This document shows, in pieces, positions 1-5,334 of a stretch of DNA of 6,494 bases. Numbering within the stretch: position 1 is the first letter of the stretch; every line of letters starts with the position of its first letter. The notes beneath the pieces are model-generated. The model was not told where the DNA came from. It did no database searches and worked only from the letters and a program-made list of their open reading frames with translations. The stretch is taken from positions 1 to 6,494 of the forward strand of contig JAGLRQ010000055.1 of NCBI GenBank assembly GCA_023136205.1. Reading direction: 5' to 3'. This DNA is from Candidatus Auribacterota bacterium. GTDB taxonomy: Bacteria > Auribacterota > UBA6266. The position numbers were made by a program, and so were the translations under genes.

Positions 1-85
1 GGATTTAGATATTAGGGTTTCGGATTTTAGTTTGTGTGTAGTAAGAAATTTAATAAAAGTCATTATTAATTACGGGAAGAAATAA

Positions 86-877
86 ATGAGAAACTTTTTG
101 GGTAGTCTTGGCAAACCAACTTTAATTTTTTTCAGGCATCTTGGAAGCATCTGGAAGATTTTTATGCAGACGCTTTACTGGATTTTTATAGCGCCTTTTA
201 AAGGCCAGATGCTGAAGCCGGGTGCGGTTTTTGCTCAGATGAATCTGATAGGCGTCGGGTCTGTTCCGATTGTGGCCCTTGTAAATTTTTTCTTCGGAAT
301 TACGCTGGCAATGCTCACATCTTACCAGTTGAAGCAGGTAGGAACCCAGGAGCTTATGGCCGGGCTTGTCGGGGTTTCATTTACAAGGGAGTTAGGCCCT
401 TTCCTGGCCGCGGTGGTTGTAGCTTCAAGAGTGGGGTCTGCTATAACTGCGGAAATAGGCACAATGACTGTATCCGAAGAGGTTGATGCCCTTGAAACCA
501 TGGCATTGAAGCCTGTAAGGTTTCTGGTGGTTCCCAGACTGCTTGCCCTGGTTATCATGCTGCCCTGCCTGACTATTGTTGCTAACTGTGTAGGGATGTT
601 GGGCGGATATGTCATAGGCCGTTTTAATTTGCATCTGAATTCAGCTTATTATCTTAAGCTTACGTTTGATTATCTGGTTCTTAAAGATATCGGTACGGGG
701 CTGCTGAAAAGCTTTGCCTTTGCGATTGTTATAGCCATGATAGGGTGCTATCAGGGGCTTACCGTTAGCGGCGGTTCCGCTGGGGTTGGAATTTCCACCA
801 CTAAGTCAGTTGTTCAATCAATTATGTTTATAATTATAATAGATTGTTTGTTTAACGCCTGGTTTTATTTTGTTTAG
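86..877 (+). CDS. mlaE: ABC transporter permease, MlaE/YrbE (phospholipid/lipid-trafficking) family
   Basis: The 263-aa ORF is polytopic and hydrophobic. It carries the family core 'FTRELGPFLAAVVVASRVGSAITAEIGTMTVSEEVDALETMALKPVRFLVVPRLLA', which closely matches the conserved MlaE block (RELGPvltAl..aGR.GSa.aAElGsM.vtEqiDALe.mg..P...LV.PR). A GGGAAG Shine-Dalgarno-like element lies at 74-79. The stop is 8 nt before the next gene. Confidence 0.9.
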   Translation: MRNFLGSLGKPTLIFFRHLGSIWKIFMQTLYWIFIAPFKGQMLKPGAVFAQMNLIGVGSVPIVALVNFFFGITLAMLTSYQLKQVGTQELMAGLVGVSFTRELGPFLAAVVVASRVGSAITAEIGTMTVSEEVDALETMALKPVRFLVVPRLLALVIMLPCLTIVANCVGMLGGYVIGRFNLHLNSAYYLKLTFDYLVLKDIGTGLLKSFAFAIVIAMIGCYQGLTVSGGSAGVGISTTKSVVQSIMFIIIIDCLFNAWFYFV

Positions 878-885
878 GGAAAAAA

Positions 886-1683
886 ATGTCAATAATAGAA
901 GTAAAAAATCTGGTTAAGATATACGATAATCGCCGGGTACTTGATGGTATTAACCTCAAGATAGAAAAGGGTGAAACCATGGTGATTATGGGGGGGAGCG
1001 GTTGCGGCAAGAGTACGCTGCTCAAAATATTGATCGGACAGCTTAAACCGGATGATGGACAAGTTTATATTGATGAAGATGAGATTATCCATATGACTGA
1101 CAGAGAGCTTGATGTGGTCAGGCGTAAATTCGGTATGTTGTACCAGGGGGGAGCTCTTTTAAACTCTCTAACACTTGCCGAAAATGTAGCTTTACCGCTT
1201 AAGGAACATACCAAACTGGATAAACGCATAATTGATATAATAGTTAAGATGAAACTTGCGCAGGTAGGGCTTGTTGGTTTTGAAGATAAAATGCCTGCGG
1301 AGATAAGCGGAGGCATGAAAAAAAGAGCGGCTCTTGCCCGCGCTATAGCTCTTGACCCCCACATAGTCTTTTATGATGAGCCTGGTGCCGGCCTTGACCC
1401 CATTGTTGCCGCCGTTATTGACAAGCTTATTATGGATTTAAGCAAAAAGCTCGGCATGACATCTGTGGTGGTAACTCATGAAATGCAAAGCGCGTTCAGG
1501 ATTGCCGATAAAATGGCTGTTTTATTCAAAGGCAGGGTAATTGAGCTTGGTACCCCCGATCAGATTAAGAATTCAAACAACCCCTATGTTCAGCAGTTTG
1601 TAACAGGTTCATTAGAGGCAGCCTCTATTTCCGCGAAAGATTCCACAGAGGAGTACATAAAAAGCCTTGTTGAAGGAACATAA
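886..1683 (+). CDS. mlaF: ABC transporter ATP-binding protein, MlaF family
   Basis: Motifs present are Walker A 'GGSGCGKST', Q-loop 'MLYQGGALLNSLTLAENVALPLKEHT' (MlaF-like), signature 'ISGGMKKRAALARAIA', Walker B 'IVFYDEPGAGLDP' and H-loop 'VVVTHEM'. It sits immediately downstream of the MlaE-like permease. Confidence 0.93.
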   Translation: MSIIEVKNLVKIYDNRRVLDGINLKIEKGETMVIMGGSGCGKSTLLKILIGQLKPDDGQVYIDEDEIIHMTDRELDVVRRKFGMLYQGGALLNSLTLAENVALPLKEHTKLDKRIIDIIVKMKLAQVGLVGFEDKMPAEISGGMKKRAALARAIALDPHIVFYDEPGAGLDPIVAAVIDKLIMDLSKKLGMTSVVVTHEMQSAFRIADKMAVLFKGRVIELGTPDQIKNSNNPYVQQFVTGSLEAASISAKDSTEEYIKSLVEGT

Positions 1684-1689
1684 TCTTTT

Positions 1690-2988
1690 ATGAAAGTAAC
1701 CCAAATTACCGCAGACGAAAAAATCAGGCACTTTCGCAGGATAATTATAGTTGAAAAATATATAATGTTTCCTGCCAAATTTCTTATGATACTGATCCTG
1801 GCCTTTTTTTTATGGTCGGTGAGAGAAGCCCATGAATTAAAGTTCGCTTTCCATAGATATCAGTTCTGGATGTATGTTCTTGGCAACCTTTTTTTTATGA
1901 TTGTCCTTATAAAAATCGGGCAGAGAAAATTTAATTTTAAAGCAGTTCAGGTTTCCGCTTTTTTTCTTTCTATAATTGATAATTTGTTTTTAAGTTTTTT
2001 AATCTATTTTACAACGGGCCTTGAAAGCGAGTTTTACTGGCTGTACTGCGGGCTTATAATACGTAACGCGGTTGATTTTCCCCGCATAAGAACGCAGTCA
2101 ATGATAAACCTTAGTTTTATACTTTTTTATATTATTGCTATTTATTCGCACGATCAGACCGCGGCTTTTCTGTCAAACCAGATTTTCTGGCTTAAAGTGT
2201 CTGTTCTTATTCTTGTAAGCGTTTGCTGCTGGGGCATATATACTATTTTGGTTTACCAGAGGAGGAGGGGCGAGGAATTCCAGGAGATGACTGTCAGGTC
2301 GGAAAAGCTTTCGTTTGCGGCAAAGCTTGCCGCGAGCATTGCCCATGAGCTGAAAAACCCTCTTGGAATAATTATGAATGCCGCGTATCTGCTGGAGAAT
2401 TCTCCTGAAGTATCTTCTGATTTGACAAAAAAACAGATTGGAGTTATAAAGCGTGAGACCATGCGGTCCGATAGGATAATCAGCGACTTGTTGAATTATT
2501 CCCGCCTTTCTGAAGGAAAGATTGAAAAAGTGAATATTAATTCGTGTATAGATGAGGTAATTGAAAGCCTGAATCCGGAAATATTCCTTGAAAATGTTAC
2601 AATCATAAGAAACTACAGGAAGGATATTCCGTCTATCTATTTTGATGTTTTGCAGATGAGGCAGATTATAACCAATATAGTTACAAATGCGAAACAGTCT
2701 ATGCCGGATGGAGGGGCTTTGAGGATAAAAACTGATTATTTTTCTCCGCCGGACAGAATTGTTATATCTTTTAAAGATACCGGCAAAGGGATAGATAAAG
2801 ATTTAAAAGACAAGGTTTTTGATCCTTTTGTGACAACAAAGTCGAAGGGAACCGGGCTTGGGCTGGCTATTGTTAAATCCATAGTTGAGACATATAACGG
2901 AGAAATATCTTTGCAAAGCAGTAAGAAAGGTACGAAAATGATTGTTACTCTTCCAATAAGGACGGTTTTCAAAAATGGCAAAAAATAA
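1690..2988 (+). CDS. Membrane-embedded sensor histidine kinase with about 6 TM helices, HisKA and HATPase_c; no PAS or HAMP recognised
   Basis: Residues ~27-189 form six hydrophobic segments joined by very short loops. The catalytic boxes are H-box 'SIAHELKNPLG' (His219), N-box 'IITNIVTNAKQSM', G1 'FKDTGKGI', F-box 'VFDPFVTTK' and G2 'GTGLGLAIV'. The start codon is uncertain: ATG 1690 or the in-frame ATG at 1765, and neither has a good SD. The 3' end overlaps the regulator gene by 14 nt. Confidence 0.9.
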   Translation: MKVTQITADEKIRHFRRIIIVEKYIMFPAKFLMILILAFFLWSVREAHELKFAFHRYQFWMYVLGNLFFMIVLIKIGQRKFNFKAVQVSAFFLSIIDNLFLSFLIYFTTGLESEFYWLYCGLIIRNAVDFPRIRTQSMINLSFILFYIIAIYSHDQTAAFLSNQIFWLKVSVLILVSVCCWGIYTILVYQRRRGEEFQEMTVRSEKLSFAAKLAASIAHELKNPLGIIMNAAYLLENSPEVSSDLTKKQIGVIKRETMRSDRIISDLLNYSRLSEGKIEKVNINSCIDEVIESLNPEIFLENVTIIRNYRKDIPSIYFDVLQMRQIITNIVTNAKQSMPDGGALRIKTDYFSPPDRIVISFKDTGKGIDKDLKDKVFDPFVTTKSKGTGLGLAIVKSIVETYNGEISLQSSKKGTKMIVTLPIRTVFKNGKK

Positions 2989-4378
2989 TATCTTAAACAG
3001 CAAGATAATGATTGTTGATGATGAAAAAGGTATGCTTGAAACCCTTTGCGTTATCTTAAGGAAGAACGGATACAGTGTCGTAACCGCGCTCAGCGCTGAG
3101 CAGGCGCTTTCAATTTGTGATAATGAAAAATTTAATCTCATAGTTACTGACGCGAAGATGAAGGGAATTGACGGATTTGAATTTATGAATATGGTGAAAA
3201 AGGATTTTCCTGAGACCGCGTTTATAATGATTACCGCTTACGCGACTCCCAAACTTGCCGTAAAGGCGATAAAAGATGGAGCGTTTGAGTATATATCAAA
3301 ACCGTTTGATCCGGAGGAGTTTTTGATAATCGTAAAACGAGGCCTTGAGCATAACAGGCTAATTTTGGAAAATAAAAGGCTTGTGGGAGAGCTGTCGAAT
3401 GAAACAGGGCTCAGGGGAGTTGTGGGGAACTCAGGGCGGATGCGGGAAATTTGCAAACTGATTTATGTAGTTGCTCCTACATCTTCACCGGTTCTTATAG
3501 AAGGCGAGGACGGCACGGGTAAGGAACTTATAGCGCGGGCACTGCATTTTCACAGCGCGAGAGGGGGCAATCCTTTCTTCAGCGTGAACTGCGCGGGTGT
3601 TTCGGATAAAGATCTTGAAATTGAGTTATTTGGCTATGAGAAGGGAGCCGTATCCGCCCCTTTGGGATCAAAAAAGTCCTGTTTTGAGGTTGCTCAAAGT
3701 GGAACACTGTATATTAATGAAGTCGGTGATATTCCGGCCGGGCTTCAGAAAAAGCTGTTGAATGTTCTTAAATACCAAAAGTGCGTCAGAAACGGAGGCA
3801 GTAAAGAGATAAAAGTTGATGTCAGAGTTGTTGCCGCGACAACCAGGGATCTGGAAAAGGAAGTGGAGAAAGGCAGGTGCAGTGAAGGCCTTTTCTACCG
3901 GCTTAATGTTATAAATATTAAAATCCCTCCTTTAAGAGAACGGCAGGAGGATATGCCTCTTTTAATGGATTATTTTTTAAAGAAATATGCTGTTCTTACG
4001 GGTAAGATTATTAATGGTTTTGAGCCTCCTGTAAAGGAAGTGTTTGTTAAATATAGTTGGCCCGGAAATGTTTCAGAACTGGAGAATGTTATTGAAAAAG
4101 CGGTCGTCCTTGAGAAGTCGAATAAGATAGGTTTACAAAGCATCCCCGAAGGAATTATAAAGCCGGGGAAAAGACGAGTAAAAGAAGAAGCGCCCGCGGA
4201 ACTTCCGGAATCGGGGATTGATTATCAGGAAGAGGTCTCGAATTATGAGGAAGGGCTGATCAAACTTGCGATAAAGAGGTCGGAAGGTAATGTCGCTAAA
4301 GCCGCGAAAATTCTCAAATTAAGCAGGCACGCGCTTCGTTATCAGATGCAGAAATTGGGCATGTTATTGAAGAAATAG
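2975..4378 (+). CDS. NtrC-family response regulator (receiver + sigma54-activator-type AAA+ + Fis-type HTH) with atypical AAA+ motifs
   Basis: The receiver has 'IMIVDDE', acceptor Asp in 'LIVTDAKM' (D59), 'MITAY' and 'ISKPF'. The AAA+ domain has Walker A 'GEDGTGKE', 'VDVRVVAAT', 'YRLNV', 'PPLRERQEDM' and 'WPGNVSELEN'. The C-terminal HTH is 'GNVAKAAKILKLSRHALRYQMQKLG'. The GAFTGA, Walker B, FRxD and sensor-II positions deviate from consensus (see findings). Confidence 0.9.
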   Translation: MAKNNILNSKIMIVDDEKGMLETLCVILRKNGYSVVTALSAEQALSICDNEKFNLIVTDAKMKGIDGFEFMNMVKKDFPETAFIMITAYATPKLAVKAIKDGAFEYISKPFDPEEFLIIVKRGLEHNRLILENKRLVGELSNETGLRGVVGNSGRMREICKLIYVVAPTSSPVLIEGEDGTGKELIARALHFHSARGGNPFFSVNCAGVSDKDLEIELFGYEKGAVSAPLGSKKSCFEVAQSGTLYINEVGDIPAGLQKKLLNVLKYQKCVRNGGSKEIKVDVRVVAATTRDLEKEVEKGRCSEGLFYRLNVINIKIPPLRERQEDMPLLMDYFLKKYAVLTGKIINGFEPPVKEVFVKYSWPGNVSELENVIEKAVVLEKSNKIGLQSIPEGIIKPGKRRVKEEAPAELPESGIDYQEEVSNYEEGLIKLAIKRSEGNVAKAAKILKLSRHALRYQMQKLGMLLKK

Positions 4379-4387
4379 GTTTATGCA

Positions 4388-4397
4388 ACAGGCCTGT
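4388..4397. promoter_or_regulatory. Perfect 10-bp palindrome ACAGGCCTGT just after the regulator stop codon; possible operator
   Basis: The sequence is self-complementary as read directly. It has no loop, so it is not a hairpin terminator. It lies ~130 nt upstream of the pilin-like start. A 10-bp palindrome can occur by chance. Confidence 0.15.
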
Positions 4398-4512
4398 GGG
4401 TTGGATGCGTCATTTTCACGCAGTACCCCTATTGAATTAGTTGATTAAATATGGTTTACTGTAGGTGTAGGTGGAAGAGATAAATCTATAAAAATCGTAA
4501 AAAAAAAAGGAA

Positions 4513-4518
4513 AGGAGG
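4513..4518 (+). promoter_or_regulatory. Shine-Dalgarno site (AGGAGG) of the pilin-like gene
   Basis: AAAGGAGGT lies at 4511-4519, with an 8-nt spacer to the ATG at 4527. It is the strongest RBS in the window. Confidence 0.75.
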
Positions 4519-4526
4519 TAGTTAAC

Positions 4527-5045
4527 ATGAAGAGAATGAAGGGTTTTACCCTGATTGAACTTCTGGTTGTTATCGCAATTATAGCTATTCTTGCCGGAAT
4601 GCTTTTGCCCGCGTTAGGCAGAGCAAGAGAACAAGCCAGAAGAGTCAACTGTCTGTCGAACGTAAAACAGCTGGGAACATCAATGCACATGTACGCGCAG
4701 GATTTTGGTGAGGATTTTGTAAATTATGGCGCTTACGCGGCAGGGACTAATTCACTTGTGCCTTTGTATTCGTATGCGACAAGCTGGCGCGTTTTTGTAT
4801 GTCCCAGCACAACGGATGCTATTTCGAATACGGCTTCTGGGTTAGCGATTGCTACTGGTGGTACCAACTCTATGAGTTATCGTTATATTTCCGGACTTAC
4901 TCAAGCAGATGATGCTGATTGCGGCCTTATCTGGGGCGCGACTCCCGCGAATCACGACAACGATGGTATTAATTGTGTTTATATCGGCGGTGACGCGGCA
5001 TGGTGTCCATGGAGAACCGCAGAAACTACTACGAAGAAGCAATAA
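4527..5045 (+). CDS. Prepilin-type N-terminal cleavage/methylation domain protein (type IV pilin / T2SS pseudopilin-like; PVC-type DUF1559 / H-X9-DG-like class)
   Basis: The class III signal peptide is 'MKRMKG|[24 protein letters not shown]', with Gly at -1, Phe at +1 and Glu at +5. It is followed by '[26 protein letters not shown]', the conserved continuation seen in the large PVC-type pilin-like paralog families. The C-terminal '[18 protein letters not shown]' resembles a diverged H-X9-DG box. Confidence 0.88.
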   Translation: MKRMKGFTLIELLVVIAIIAILAGMLLPALGRAREQARRVNCLSNVKQLGTSMHMYAQDFGEDFVNYGAYAAGTNSLVPLYSYATSWRVFVCPSTTDAISNTASGLAIATGGTNSMSYRYISGLTQADDADCGLIWGATPANHDNDGINCVYIGGDAAWCPWRTAETTTKKQ

Positions 5046-5064
5046 TGCTCAGATTGATAAAAAA

Positions 5065-5099
5065 CGCGCCCGGATTTTATTTTCGGGTGCGTTTTTTTT
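5065..5099 (+). terminator. Rho-independent terminator of the pilin-like gene
   Basis: The stem 5065-5074 (CGCGCCCGGA) pairs with 5082-5091 (TTCGGGTGCG), giving 10 bp including 2 G-U pairs. The loop is 7 nt (TTTTATT) and a T8 run follows at 5092-5099. An A-run precedes the stem (5057-5064), so it could act in both directions. Confidence 0.85.
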
Positions 5100-5252
5100 A
5101 TAATATAAAGAGAATTGAAATTGGACGCAGACTATAGTCCTCAGTGATTTGTTTTGCGAAGCGAAACAGCAGGGGGTTAACTCAGATTTTCAGGATTTTA
5201 AAAAGTGTGAGAAAGGAGATGGTGGAGATAAAAAATAATTACACAAAAACTA

Positions 5253-5281
5253 TTCACAAGATGTTATATACAAGATACTAT
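5253..5281 (+). promoter_or_regulatory. Candidate sigma70-type promoter (TTCACA-N17-TACTAT) for the downstream O-antigen-ligase-like gene
   Basis: The hexamers and spacing were read directly. The region is very AT-rich, so chance matches are likely. Confidence 0.2.
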
Positions 5282-5334
5282 TATACGATATATGAATTTA
5301 AACCCTGACACCCAAAACCAGGTACCTGATACCC

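Noticed and set aside
1-85. GGATTTAGAT ... CGGATTTTAG half-repeats and AT-rich hexamers upstream of mlaE (possible promoter, or the edge of a repeat or mobile element)
   Set aside because: The repeats are short and imperfect and are truncated by the window edge. No -35/-10 pair with good spacing could be defined, and no terminal inverted repeat partner or transposase lies in the window.
322-634. Two minus-strand ORFs (322-615 and 425-634) inside the MlaE-like gene
   Set aside because: They lie entirely antisense to a CDS with strong family motifs. Their translations are low-complexity Ser/Thr/Pro/Gln-rich with no recognisable motifs and no RBS. They are typical shadow ORFs.
1690-1764. Possibility that the first 25 codons of the kinase (MKVTQITADEKIRHFRRIIIVEKYI) are not translated, or form a separate leader peptide
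   Set aside because: They are in frame and contiguous with the kinase and have no intervening stop. Neither ATG 1690 nor ATG 1765 has a clear SD, so the sequence alone cannot decide. The longer ORF is kept and the uncertainty is noted.
889-1778. Minus-strand ORFs 889-1092, 1065-1364 and 1590-1778 antisense to the MlaF-like gene and the kinase start
   Set aside because: These are shadow frames of well-supported + strand genes. They have no motifs and an implausible composition.
2253-3456. Minus-strand ORFs 2253-2462, 2736-2981, 2803-3141 and 3238-3456
   Set aside because: They are antisense to the kinase and regulator CDSs, whose catalytic boxes are intact on the + strand. No independent coding evidence supports them.
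4402-4418. Possible sigma54 -24/-12 element TGGATGCGTCATTTTCA
   Set aside because: Only the TGG of the -24 box matches. The -12 GC dinucleotide is absent at the correct spacing. It is kept as a discussion point in the findings but not called as a promoter.
4461-4472. Tandem GTAGGTGTAGGT as a microsatellite or CRISPR-like repeat
   Set aside because: There are only two 6-nt units and no spacer/repeat architecture. At most it is a candidate regulator half-site pair, as mentioned under the intergenic finding.
4445-4690. Minus-strand 81-aa ORF overlapping the pilin-like gene start and its upstream region
   Set aside because: It is the reverse complement of the hydrophobic pilin N-terminus, which inevitably yields an open antisense frame. 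The + strand gene has a strong SD and a textbook class III signal peptide.
4909-5103. + strand 64-aa ORF overlapping the 3' end of the pilin-like gene, and the minus-strand ORF 4842-5042
   Set aside because: The + strand ORF is out of frame with the supported CDS and runs straight through the intrinsic terminator hairpin. Neither ORF has an RBS or recognisable motifs.
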